Shown: positions 28,501 to 37,353 of the stretch, piece after piece | Position numbering within the stretch: position 1 is the first letter of the stretch | How the letters are laid out: the number at the start of each line of letters is the position of its first letter | Source of the DNA: a virus | Lineage: Duplodnaviria; Caudoviricetes | Direction: 5' to 3' (one strand) | DNA: 60,838 nucleotides | Virus record (IMG/VR): IMGVR_UViG_3300048635_000011 | Span: 1-60,838 of that record | Made by a program: the position numbers and the translations under genes | The notes under the pieces: model-generated | Seen by the model: the letters and a program-made list of their open reading frames with translations, nothing else | Told to the model about the DNA's origin: nothing | Database searches by the model: none

Positions 28501-31500
28501 AATAACTGTAAATGAGCATTAATAACACCATTAGTAGTACCATCTACCTCTCTTGCTAGGTTAGTAGTTATACTGGTTACTTTATCTTTACTGGTTAGTG
28601 CTTGTGTGTATTCTGCTAGAGCTACTAAACCATCCATAGAATGATACTTCTCCCCACCTTCTTCACTAATAGCCTTAAGTACTACCTTTCTCTCTGCATC
28701 AGTAAACTTAGCATCACCACTATTGATAATAGCTACTGCTTCAGCCCACTTACTATTTACATTACCTTTCTCATCCACATATCCTGTATCGAAATCTTCT
28801 ATTACAGTAGAAGAAATTTTACCTCCTAATGCTTCAACTATAGCTCTCTTATGTGCATTAATACCTTCCACATTAGACATCTCTATGGTTGCATCCCAAT
28901 CAGTTGCATCAAATGCAAATCTATGAAGCTTAGTATTCTGAGGATTAATTAGTTTATTAATGAAACCATTTCTAGCATTACTCCATGACTCCAATTCCAT
29001 AGATATTTTGGTTTCATAATCTAAGTTACCATCTGCATCTTGAAACTGCTTATGAAATTCTAATATAGCATCTATACCTTTTTCTGCTTCTCTATTCTTA
29101 CCTTTTAGACCATTACGCTCTTCTATATGTCTCTCTTCTATATTATCCACATAACCATTTATCTGCATAACACCTAGTTTACCTAACCGAGCCATGAACT
29201 TAAAGATGTTCTTCTTTGGTTTATATTGCACCTTCTGATTCTCAATAATAGCTTCCTTATGTAAAGGAGCTACATCAGCGTAAGTTTTCTTCATCTTATC
29301 AGGAGCAGTTGTTACTACTTCAGTAGGGTTTACTTTAACTACTTTCTCAAGATCAAATAGAGCTTTATTAAGTTCTTCTTGTTCCTTGTAAGTTTCAATA
29401 CTCTCTTTAGAGTCTTCATTTACTCTAGCTAAACCATTACCTGTATCTGTACGTTCTGCTTTAAGTCTAACAAAGTTAATCTCTGCTTCCTTATTATCTG
29501 TTTGGAACTCAGGGTTAAGTGTTTGCATAACCTCACTGGTTACACTAGTAAACTCTACATCTCCCATGTGCTTTAAGGTAACTAAACCATACTCACCAAA
29601 GCTAGTAATTAATCTAGTTTCAAAGTTACCATCTATATCATCATTCAACTTAAGGTTAAGTTGCTTGAGTACTGACCTACCTATGAAGTCTTGTGCATTA
29701 GGTAATAGAGTTCCTATCTCCTGTAGAGTCTTTTCAGCTCCATCAGGTAATACAGAATCTTTAGGTTTACCTAATAATGAGTTAATAGCTCCTTCATCAT
29801 TCATAAGAGTATCCATAGATTTAGTAGCTAACCACTCTCTTGTAGCTATAGCGGTAGCAGTAACAACATTTTCAGTCATTACTCCATCAATATCTCTAAA
29901 CATATCAGCAGGTGCTTTACCTAATACTGATCTATGTTGTTTACCATTACCAAACCAACTTCTTAATGTATTCTCTGTATATTCCTTATGGAACGGTACT
30001 AACCAGTCTTGTATTAATGCTTCTAATTGTCCTTCTGCTTCTGTGTTTAAATCGTAGGTGTCTACTACCTCTTTAAAACCTTCTTTAGTTTGGATTGAAG
30101 TAAGGAAGTTTACAGAATTACCAATAATACTACTTGAAGTTTTCTTAGCTTGGGAAACCATATTATATATTGGTTTTAAACTTTGTGTGTATTTACTATC
30201 TTTAACAGATGAGGCTACCTCTGTAATATTAGCTTGACTATTAATAGTGGGGTTTATATTACCCTTCAATAAATGTTCAATAGCATTATCTGGATCAGTA
30301 ACAACTTCTGTGTCTTTACTTTTATTAGGGGTTTGATTAGCTAAGTAACCTTGTAACTCTTCAATTGTAGGGCTTGTGTAGTCCGCTAGTGCGTTCTTAA
30401 TAGCTTTGCTTTTAGATAGTGTGCCTTTAGATATAGCACGTCTTATATCGGCTCTGAGTGTCTCTACTGTAGGCTTAGTATCCACATCCTTCTTAACTAT
30501 CTTTTTCTTCTTTTTAGGTACATACCCTTTAGTGAAAGTGTACTCTTTGCTACCATCAGAATTTACTTTAACAGTATAGGTAATGTCTTCTTTTTCTATG
30601 TGCTTAATTAGGTTTTCAACACCATCTTCTATACCATCAAAAGTTTTCTCATACCAAGTACCCTTCTTATTAATAGTTTCAATGACTTTTTTAGAATTTT
30701 TATCATGTAATTTTTGTTGCTTTTTATTAGCAGATATAGCTTCTGCTCTACGCACTAAATTATCTACGAATGTCTTAGCATCTCCTTCTAATCCTGCTTT
30801 TTGTAGTTTTCTAAGAGCGGGTAGGCTAGTAGAGGGATTTCCCGCTTTAGTCATTACTATAGGTTTAATTTTAAGGTCAGTGAATAGTAGTTTCTTTAAT
30901 TGTGAAGTACTCTTAGGGTTAAAATTTTTGGTTAATTTATCTAAATTAGACTCTTCTCTTTTAGTAGGCTTTTTAATTTCAACAGGCTTAACCCATTGCC
31001 CTACAGTAGTATTATCCTTAGTAACATCTGAGTAAATATACCCTGCTTTTTCTAAATCATTGGCTAGTGCTTGCTCTCCTTTATTATAAGTAGACTTAGC
31101 TAAGTACGCTTTAGAATCAGTTAGTATTTTAGCTCCTGCTTCTAATGCTGTAGTAACTTGAGCCAGTGTAGCCTTGTAATTTGCCCTACTAGGTGAGCCA
31201 TTAACACTTACAAATACAGTGTCTTTACTTGAGTATTTTCCACTATTAACAGGCATAACCTTATTGTCAGTAAGCTGCTTAGCGTAGCTTCCTGTAGACT
31301 TATTACCTATACCAATATACTGAGTAGCCATACTTAGCTTCACAGGAGCTTTAACAGCATCAGGTTTAGCAGTAACTTTAAGCTCAAATGGTTTAGTACT
31401 TGTCGGTTCTAATTTAGAAGCCAATCCACTTACTACACCCTTTACTGTATCTGTATGTACTAGAACAGCTTTCTCTACTTTTGTTAGGAATCTTTCTGCT

Positions 31501-34500
31501 TGAGGTAAACTAACATCTTTTCTCTTAAGGAAAGACTTTATATTAGTTACTTGAGAATCAGATAAACTTTTGGTTTTTAGTAAAGGGGTTACCTTATCTT
31601 TAATAGCTTGGATTGCTTGTACGTCTTTTTCAACTACTTTATTTTCTTTATTTAAGAGTTTTTTATAGACTGATCTAGCTCGTTCAATAGTGTAATTAGA
31701 GGACTTAAAGAAATCCTCTATCCAACCAAGTTCCCCCTCATTTAAATTTTTAGTCTTAGCTAATTCTAAAGTAGTTTGCTCTATCTCATCCTTTGTTTTA
31801 AGAGGTGTACCAGTATTAACATCAGTTAATTTAGTAACCATATCAAGAGCTGCTCTAGCTAGTTGAGCTTCTGGTAAGATACTATTCTCTAGTAGCTCAG
31901 GAGCATTCCTTACTTCATTGGTTTTTCTATACACAGGTATTTTATATGTGCCTGTACCGAAGTCTATAGTAATAGTTTTATTTTGCCTCTTAGCCTCCGC
32001 TATACCATCCTGTAACTGTTTAACTTTCAGTTCATGACTATCTACTAGTGTCTCTAACTCTTTGAATAAAGGAGCAGGGTCTTTTCCTGACTGCACTGCT
32101 TCAGTAATATCAGCAATATGTTTAGGTAACCCTTTTTTATCTACATTGTTACGATTAGTTGATAGTAAATCTTTAGCTACTTTACTGTTACTTGCTTTAA
32201 CTTTAGTAACTAAATCTTCATATACATTTACAGCAGCTAAAGCTTCTCTAGTTTTAGGAGCAAGCTCTTTCTTATCTATAGAGTCTAAAGTCTCTGTAAC
32301 ATTACCTGTAGAACCATAGTTACCTACGATGTCTAGTACATCTGAAACCAATACATCTTCATTAATGTTACCATCTTCATTTACTTGTTTATTGATGTCT
32401 ATAGCTCCTTCTTGTGCCATAGTATCCTTTAAGCCTTCTGTAATTCCCATTGACTGCGTGAGTACATTATAGGCTGAATCATATTCAGCTCCTTTTAGTG
32501 TCCCTAGTTCATCCAAAGCTTCACTTTGAGCTTGTACACGAGTAGTAATATTCTCCCTTATAGTTTGGTTAGGTCTTTCTTTTGAGTAAGTCTCAGTACG
32601 CATATTCCTTAGAGCTGCTATACCAGTCTTATGATCATTACTCATAGAAGGAGTAAACCCTTCATCTAAAGCTATATTCCAAGCTTCATCTTTACTTTTA
32701 CCTGCTTTAATAGCTGTGTTGTATTTAATTCTTGTTTGTTGTAATGCGTTTCCAAATTCTTTATGGCTGATGAAAGCCGCGTTATTCCCCATATTACTAT
32801 AGTAAGAACCATCTTGCTTAATACGTCTTCCTTTATAGCCCTTAGTACCATTAACTCCTATACTTGCCCATTCCATAGCACCAGCTAACTTAGCTCCTTC
32901 CAAGTTAGTAGATTTACCCATAATGTAATCTCTAATAGCAGGTCGTCTATCTTTCATTAGGTAATTCTTGAAGATATTCTCTTGCATCTCATTGGTCACA
33001 TAGTCAGTATCCTTAGCTCCTATAGCTTTTAAACCAAGCTTCATAGTATCAGGGGTAATCTGGTACTTACCTACTGTAAAGATTCTGTCATTATGCCCTC
33101 TTGGTAGAGATTGCCTTCTACGCATCTCTCCTACTGTCATTCTATTGAAGTTTATAGTAGCCCCATGTGCGTCACCTGCTTGTCCTTTATTAAAAGAGCC
33201 ATAACCTCCTTCTCCTTTAGATACTAAGCTTCCTATACCTCCTTTAACTATCTTAGGAGTATCGAAGGCTGCTTTAGTAGCACTACCTGCCATAGCTCCA
33301 ACAGTGGCTGCATGGAGCATTTTACTTTTATCTATAGACTTATTAGTGTGGTGAATACCGCTTAATTGTTCTAGTGCGTTAGTGCTACCTTCCTCTAAGA
33401 ATTCACTAGCACCCCCCACTACAACACCACCCACTAATTTAGCAGGTTTACTAGTAAGTAACTTATTTAATATTGTACCTTTAGATACCTTAGTTTTTTT
33501 AGCCAGTATCCCCAAAGCTTCTGATAATGCTTTAGACTCTAAAGGTTTAAATAAGCCCTTAAGCCCTTTACCTGCAATAACTTCTGCTCCTACCTTATCA
33601 ATCAAGGTAGCTGCCGTAGAATATGCTCCAATAACAACCATCTCTTGTCCATTAGGATCAACACCTTTATGGTTTTTCTTGAAGTCTTCTACACCTTTTC
33701 TGTACCTATCATTAGCTATAGCAGTGAAAGCTACTGGAGCTGCATACACCATTGCTAACATTTCAGGTAGGGACTCTGCTACTACTCCTGCCACTGCTTG
33801 AGGGTTATTAACAATACCTTTCCCTATAGTAGAAAGTACCGCACCTGCTGCTTTTAGACGATCTCCTTTACTCCAGTCCTTAATAGCTTTATCTGTTCTA
33901 AATTTAGTCTGCCTATTTAACTTCTTATCTTTGGAAGTATTAGTGTAGTCACTGATAACTTTATCGCTACTCTTCTTCATCTCTTGGAAAGTGCTTTCAA
34001 CTGTCTCAGATGCTTTTAGCAAGGTATACGCACTACCTGCTCTAACATTAGGAGCATTAATAAATGCTTTTTGCTCTTTAGAGTAGCGTTTAGCTTTCAG
34101 GTTTTGAGTATACTCTTCTTCATCAAACCTAGTGAATTTCTTAGCGAAAGCTCTCCTAGAAGCTTCCTTTTCTGTGTCCTTGGCTACTTTAGCATCTATT
34201 GCTTGTATACTCTTAAACATAGCTCTATCTGCTTTAGTAACGTCAGAAGTAGTACTTACATTGGCTACTGAAGCTACTGCTCCTAGTACTTTATCTACTG
34301 CTTTAGCAGATGCTCCAACGTATTTAACTCCTATATTAGCTGCTGCACCACTATAAGTATCAATAGCATCATCAGATAACCTTTTACCATTATCAGACTT
34401 AGTCCTATTAGTCCTGTCTTCTAATGTTTTAGCAATGTTGTATTGAGAATAGTAGTTACCAGAATATTCAGGTCTATTCATAAAATCATTAAGACTACTA

Positions 34501-35045
34501 CCATCAGGTAGCCTAAGATCAGCTAAAGTTCTCTTATTGTAGTAAGGATCTTGTCTTGAGTTATCAATCTCCATTGTAGGAGTTTTAGCCCCTACAAAAT
34601 CTTTAGGTACTGGTAGTTGCCCACTAACTATTTTGTCATAAAGAGCTTTCTTAGCTATTTCTCCTTGCCTAAATACATCTTCGTTGGTTACCTCACTTGT
34701 AGGTACACCTAAGAATGTAGCAAGGGTTTGTCTTTGTCCTGCCATTTTAATCTGGTTACGAGGAATAGATAACCACTTAGCATCTTTAGTAGTTTCGTAA
34801 GCATCAAAAGTTTTTAGTACTTCTTCAGCATAAGCCAATCTATAATCCCCTACACCATCTCCGTCATGTACAGGATTCTTAGCTAGGCTAATTTGCTGTA
34901 GTCTATTCTGTTTATCTACAGACTTATTTATTAAATTAGCTTTCTTCTGTTCTCCTAAACCAATGATAGGAGCTGATAGAACCATAGGCTCATCAGGTGT
35001 GTTATCAAGCCCATTAAATTCATTAGGGGATAATAGATCAGTCAT
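22575..35045 (-). CDS. Virion-encapsidated RNA polymerase (N4 gp50-like)
   Basis: 4156 aa, no Cys seen; NPQ..KLHR, motif A EVDGTTNG, motif B RNMAKYPL..IVYSAG, motif C VFDA; C-terminal QYSDFVARY. Confidence 0.97.
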   Translation of the reverse strand: MTDLLSPNEFNGLDNTPDEPMVLSAPIIGLGEQKKANLINKSVDKQNRLQQISLAKNPVHDGDGVGDYRLAYAEEVLKTFDAYETTKDAKWLSIPRNQIKMAGQRQTLATFLGVPTSEVTNEDVFRQGEIAKKALYDKIVSGQLPVPKDFVGAKTPTMEIDNSRQDPYYNKRTLADLRLPDGSSLNDFMNRPEYSGNYYSQYNIAKTLEDRTNRTKSDNGKRLSDDAIDTYSGAAANIGVKYVGASAKAVDKVLGAVASVANVSTTSDVTKADRAMFKSIQAIDAKVAKDTEKEASRRAFAKKFTRFDEEEYTQNLKAKRYSKEQKAFINAPNVRAGSAYTLLKASETVESTFQEMKKSSDKVISDYTNTSKDKKLNRQTKFRTDKAIKDWSKGDRLKAAGAVLSTIGKGIVNNPQAVAGVVAESLPEMLAMVYAAPVAFTAIANDRYRKGVEDFKKNHKGVDPNGQEMVVIGAYSTAATLIDKVGAEVIAGKGLKGLFKPLESKALSEALGILAKKTKVSKGTILNKLLTSKPAKLVGGVVVGGASEFLEEGSTNALEQLSGIHHTNKSIDKSKMLHAATVGAMAGSATKAAFDTPKIVKGGIGSLVSKGEGGYGSFNKGQAGDAHGATINFNRMTVGEMRRRQSLPRGHNDRIFTVGKYQITPDTMKLGLKAIGAKDTDYVTNEMQENIFKNYLMKDRRPAIRDYIMGKSTNLEGAKLAGAMEWASIGVNGTKGYKGRRIKQDGSYYSNMGNNAAFISHKEFGNALQQTRIKYNTAIKAGKSKDEAWNIALDEGFTPSMSNDHKTGIAALRNMRTETYSKERPNQTIRENITTRVQAQSEALDELGTLKGAEYDSAYNVLTQSMGITEGLKDTMAQEGAIDINKQVNEDGNINEDVLVSDVLDIVGNYGSTGNVTETLDSIDKKELAPKTREALAAVNVYEDLVTKVKASNSKVAKDLLSTNRNNVDKKGLPKHIADITEAVQSGKDPAPLFKELETLVDSHELKVKQLQDGIAEAKRQNKTITIDFGTGTYKIPVYRKTNEVRNAPELLENSILPEAQLARAALDMVTKLTDVNTGTPLKTKDEIEQTTLELAKTKNLNEGELGWIEDFFKSSNYTIERARSVYKKLLNKENKVVEKDVQAIQAIKDKVTPLLKTKSLSDSQVTNIKSFLKRKDVSLPQAERFLTKVEKAVLVHTDTVKGVVSGLASKLEPTSTKPFELKVTAKPDAVKAPVKLSMATQYIGIGNKSTGSYAKQLTDNKVMPVNSGKYSSKDTVFVSVNGSPSRANYKATLAQVTTALEAGAKILTDSKAYLAKSTYNKGEQALANDLEKAGYIYSDVTKDNTTVGQWVKPVEIKKPTKREESNLDKLTKNFNPKSTSQLKKLLFTDLKIKPIVMTKAGNPSTSLPALRKLQKAGLEGDAKTFVDNLVRRAEAISANKKQQKLHDKNSKKVIETINKKGTWYEKTFDGIEDGVENLIKHIEKEDITYTVKVNSDGSKEYTFTKGYVPKKKKKIVKKDVDTKPTVETLRADIRRAISKGTLSKSKAIKNALADYTSPTIEELQGYLANQTPNKSKDTEVVTDPDNAIEHLLKGNINPTINSQANITEVASSVKDSKYTQSLKPIYNMVSQAKKTSSSIIGNSVNFLTSIQTKEGFKEVVDTYDLNTEAEGQLEALIQDWLVPFHKEYTENTLRSWFGNGKQHRSVLGKAPADMFRDIDGVMTENVVTATAIATREWLATKSMDTLMNDEGAINSLLGKPKDSVLPDGAEKTLQEIGTLLPNAQDFIGRSVLKQLNLKLNDDIDGNFETRLITSFGEYGLVTLKHMGDVEFTSVTSEVMQTLNPEFQTDNKEAEINFVRLKAERTDTGNGLARVNEDSKESIETYKEQEELNKALFDLEKVVKVNPTEVVTTAPDKMKKTYADVAPLHKEAIIENQKVQYKPKKNIFKFMARLGKLGVMQINGYVDNIEERHIEERNGLKGKNREAEKGIDAILEFHKQFQDADGNLDYETKISMELESWSNARNGFINKLINPQNTKLHRFAFDATDWDATIEMSNVEGINAHKRAIVEALGGKISSTVIEDFDTGYVDEKGNVNSKWAEAVAIINSGDAKFTDAERKVVLKAISEEGGEKYHSMDGLVALAEYTQALTSKDKVTSITTNLAREVDGTTNGVINAHLQLLPPLTESVKHILRRGGLFFKGDPWKNAQEYLESKGALDNYENIAKKMTTHFKYAKDKLSDQDKAKFVVLEELFGKLVIEETLEGIKVFTVSKGARNMAKYPLMTIVYSAGNASIKEEIVNSFKLDVYKKLAEAKAKGDKTGDYTDLLVLQQQVGILIGKKGFKFSNQEFLIKNNKVTNSKDPNYPLHWVFPKGDFDTASLIDRTYGTAMVGAVDEVLGGLKANSQAIVEAVRLSAEISKIIYERRVVEKTQLKGHELSKKEKDEIMYLMQRNGELTSVKNPASTGFNDSTPFGELERVPLENKEDGSVQTRFNAPITKIATTLENGEIVTKESDPVTTNTTTIKAHSLSGDIGVKGFLTQNIGFDAYVNSRAMLRSKMLHVFDAQMINSQDVMKDTKPVNRDFLEVNRNHSIMKETQKTVVRALQQVQKFTPKEKQALQEALFGGEKALLTRGTTNETTGNSIREPHTKISDWFKLFNETVYQVEKNRDQFFDEVISSEQFRETGTAYKVDNPLTAKVTPDQATTERIENMEKQLQTLKDLKSKEKKGFLKGVETQIKHYEAIIKRNNKKLKAARHSDLRVKPKEAIAEAELQLIALNFAKTPQYKGEDTINKIEDQIEQRKWMRDNPEEVIQTYIDDLLKEDFLSEEVINEEREAKKEERKLEAKDKSNERIIQRLSKTLDGKLPENTRHIIITDMLNSLESDDNVHIPNQVEGIITSSGANLLSYTDRFGNEITFSARTDLLYVNNDMVDMDKLGDVFTFTEAEKKAIEEGDLDNATEAIKYGILVNKNYYPRNRQKVTEAIRGSFNSTFESLINEKDFENVLEQRVTAETVQDVYDELGNKDKTNIDASHKERLDSLMEDLITPFLKKVDRVKVQIQSKTKYNEGRINGKNIFINIGSSVTSAMPIQEVFTHEIAHAIWDVGLNGNTFARRELVNLFKDAQKQLEAKYGKNAYEIFLDKDANGNNVFVNERAERKVAKQTYGYIFDNKSTDTLSEFGTFALTNQKFIEALKTLKKSKKKLSTDKSFLDNLVTIFSKILDFIASKFYGTDTSKSLDQSVLALAGKVNEISIHHSVGIIAKAKQTVDSTTGRLLIQYVVQPLTTLNSKALKTLRFKSSKYNIPHKLATIATGGFNIALKLTNEPTRKVTSEVLDRADMHRDNILRKTYVEMSKPSNSRRSWNAMLRQVKKLLDGQAEATTSEVATSVEQGFDPDKRISDKDWMKLNNGVLKTSLHNLINTYSLAQIGSLMRSEQYLSKKIKETESKLRASKEYNFYRAQAEGLGKLMATGNSNIEMQYKNVDTIVKGHLIEGFEVDSKAESLIDELSTLYAIKHTDSDVKATTARYIKHEGTRKVEYNGIETMMSLQQNFEQESLDRLFQGNKLNTIKGWTVENTNSDIDMQFVTANKMREMENQGYINHGLLDKSKQTIRDPNKTKVYLMTSRTAALQRWQSGIVSTVAQHRKGSSIEDIYQRIDAENDVYDQYAISAQVDLDKMRKQGIKVLQRQRAGNYKYEGTNPLSPTVTADGIHTFSYLMNEETKVELLGKEDKANVVLGQMYGSIIRKTEAKSFNKKVVIKAHDEFMASYRGNEHKFTKISIDSDNAKYKEYFEMMPYDMRQDLKQTWGGDYMYIKTDLLDMVLGFRKFSFTNWLDSKLPLHKELKRTMLLTGQIWQAVVSRAKRNVVILTPAVLAANVVSNMVLSVVKGVPFTYALKYQSSGVADIISYQEMLTKVNKAKRHLKANPKQKNRKALETKIHRLETELAKSPVHDLIEEGTFQTIVEDVTEKEDSLTKAVSNAFPETAKKLKGASDAIPDKIKDIYHVAVISPNTKLGKILTNATQYSDFVARYAMYRYLTEVKKVDKKTAIEDIMDTFIDYNENTSKAAQYVNDIGILMYTKFLFRIQRVILQIFSKHPATAIGVEVLQQALGNLPDIPDAFLPFKMSLSRLSSPEGLIDDAFQFNILNYLSYLIPH

Positions 35046-35061
35046 ATTTTTATACCTTTGT

Positions 35062-36882
35062 TTATCTAAAGTTTATTTTACCAGCAGATTTCTTCTTAGC
35101 TGTAGCTCTTAATTTAGCTTCATTATTCCTTTTGGCTACCTCTAGGAACATCTTAGGATTACTACTCATTAAGTCTCTTGTTAGAGATTCTAACATCTTA
35201 CCTACTTTTTTATGCCCATCATCCTTAAATTGAGCAAACCAATTTTGATCTGTAGTCTTTTTAATGAGTCCAGAGTACAACATTCCTTTTATATTGTCAT
35301 TTAAAGGTATCTCTGCACCGTCTACTTTAATAATATTAGTAAACTTAAGATCAGTCATCTTAAGTTTAATAGCATCATGGGTATCTTGAGATATACCACC
35401 AGCTAGACCATAGTTCTTCTGTCTTTCATCTAATAATTTACTGTAGGTATCAATAGCTTTACTATAAGAAGTACCACTTTTACCATTCTTACCCTTTAAT
35501 GAGGAATCCACTTTAGCTAATTCTTTAGCTCCTTTCTCTTGGTTCAGGTAGGTCTTACCCCATCTATCAGCTTCATTAGAGTCAGCAGCATTCTGTCTAA
35601 TAACACTAAGAGTTTCTGATGGAGTCTTGCCAGCTAATTGAGCAGCTTTAATAATCTCATTAAATCTCTTATACCTCGCAGGGTCTGAACCAGCTTTAAC
35701 TGTGGGTGTACGTTGTAAATCCTTTATACCTTTAGCTATATTTATGTTTCTTTGGAAGTTCTCTTGTCCCTGTTTATACTTATTATTCTGTGTAGCATCC
35801 CCTAGCAATACATTTTTAAAGCGTTCTGAAGTATTTTTATTTTGCAACTCAGTAGGTAAATTCGTCAATTTAGTAGCATCTGCTGTATTTTTAATACCCC
35901 TACCAGCATTAATTTGAGCTTTACCATAATTATCCAAATTAGCCCCATAGTTTTCTTGAGCTATTTTATTAGAAGTATTTTGAGCATGTAAGTAATCCAC
36001 GCTGTTTTGTATTTGTTTACCTGTAGTTACAGCTTGTGATGTAGTATGTTTATCATCATAAACTGTTTGTTTATTAGCATTGTCTATAACTCTACCATCC
36101 CCCATCAACCCAGCATTTCTTACTGTTGCTTGGGATTGAGCATGAGCGTCATCTTGTACGCGAGCTGTGTTCTGTAGCTTAGCTAGTGCTTGTGCATTAC
36201 CAGTTGCTTTACCTTGCTGATTTAGCCTAGCTGTCAACATATCAGAAGCAAACTTCTCTTCTAGTTTGCTATTAGTAAATGCCTTAGCATCTCCTGTTAA
36301 AGATAAATTGCGTATAGCTTGTGCTCTCTGAGCTTGTTGAGTAGCAAATAACTCAGGGGCTTGCTGTAATTTTAAGTGGTTTAAACTATTACTAATACCT
36401 ACACCTGCTTGTGCTAATGCTGCTGTACGCATCCTACTATCAAATGCTTGTTGCTGTGTATCTATACCAAACTGTAATCCTTCATTACCTAGATTGGTTC
36501 TCTGTAAGTTAGCACTTGCTTGAGCCATCTTTGCATTAAAAGCTTGTTGTTGGGTATCAACTCCAAACTGGAGTGCTTGATTACCTAAACCTGTGTGCTG
36601 TAAGTTAGCTTTTGCTTGTGCTTGTTGTGCTGCAAATGCAATAGGATCTTGCTCTAAATTAAGCTGTGCTTGGTTATTATTAATTACTAACCCAGCATCC
36701 GTTAATGCTCTAGTCTTATCTCTAGCAGCTCTCTCTAATGAGTCTACTGCTTGTTTACGGCTAATAGCTCCTAATTGCCCTACACCTTGTACTGCTTTAT
36801 TAATAGAACTGCCAGCATCACGCATGAGCTGATTACTACCACTAAAGTTTGGTGCATTTATATTTCTCCACGTAATTGGCAT
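35062..36882 (-). CDS. N4 gp51-like internal virion/ejection protein
   Basis: MPITWRNINAP N-terminus; Q/A-rich; synteny next to vRNAP. Confidence 0.75.
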   Translation of the reverse strand: MPITWRNINAPNFSGSNQLMRDAGSSINKAVQGVGQLGAISRKQAVDSLERAARDKTRALTDAGLVINNNQAQLNLEQDPIAFAAQQAQAKANLQHTGLGNQALQFGVDTQQQAFNAKMAQASANLQRTNLGNEGLQFGIDTQQQAFDSRMRTAALAQAGVGISNSLNHLKLQQAPELFATQQAQRAQAIRNLSLTGDAKAFTNSKLEEKFASDMLTARLNQQGKATGNAQALAKLQNTARVQDDAHAQSQATVRNAGLMGDGRVIDNANKQTVYDDKHTTSQAVTTGKQIQNSVDYLHAQNTSNKIAQENYGANLDNYGKAQINAGRGIKNTADATKLTNLPTELQNKNTSERFKNVLLGDATQNNKYKQGQENFQRNINIAKGIKDLQRTPTVKAGSDPARYKRFNEIIKAAQLAGKTPSETLSVIRQNAADSNEADRWGKTYLNQEKGAKELAKVDSSLKGKNGKSGTSYSKAIDTYSKLLDERQKNYGLAGGISQDTHDAIKLKMTDLKFTNIIKVDGAEIPLNDNIKGMLYSGLIKKTTDQNWFAQFKDDGHKKVGKMLESLTRDLMSSNPKMFLEVAKRNNEAKLRATAKKKSAGKINFR

Positions 36883-36893
36883 AATACCTCTCC

Positions 36894-37349
36894 TTATCCT
36901 ATTGAATTACCATTAACACTGTGCTTACTCATGTAGTTAGCCAATGAACCATAAGGGTTCTTAGCACCTGAACGCTCTAACGAGGTCAATCTACTACGTT
37001 GTCTATCCTCAATAGTATTGTTAATAGTGGTTGCTTGGTTAGCTAAGTTCCTATTAGCATAATCCTTCTGAAAACTAAACTGCTTCTTAGCTTGGTTCAA
37101 TTGTTGTATACCATTCCAAGCATTAAACATACTCCCTGCTACACTAGCTCCACCTGTGAGCCAACCAATATTATTTGCTCCTCCTAACATAGATTGTTGA
37201 TTAAGACCAAATTCTATAGGTTTATATGCCCCTACAGTATTTTGAGGTACTTGTGCTGATACTGGAGGAGTAACCCCATACTGTAAGCTATTCCCTATGT
37301 TAGGTAACCCACTATTTATCCCTATTGGGAAGTTATAACCATTAGCCAT
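36894..37349 (-). CDS. N4 gp52-like ejection protein
   Basis: AKKQFSFQK....N..NQ...N..EDRQ..R motif; synteny. Confidence 0.8.
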   Translation of the reverse strand: MANGYNFPIGINSGLPNIGNSLQYGVTPPVSAQVPQNTVGAYKPIEFGLNQQSMLGGANNIGWLTGGASVAGSMFNAWNGIQQLNQAKKQFSFQKDYANRNLANQATTINNTIEDRQRSRLTSLERSGAKNPYGSLANYMSKHSVNGNSIG

Positions 37350-37353
37350 TATT

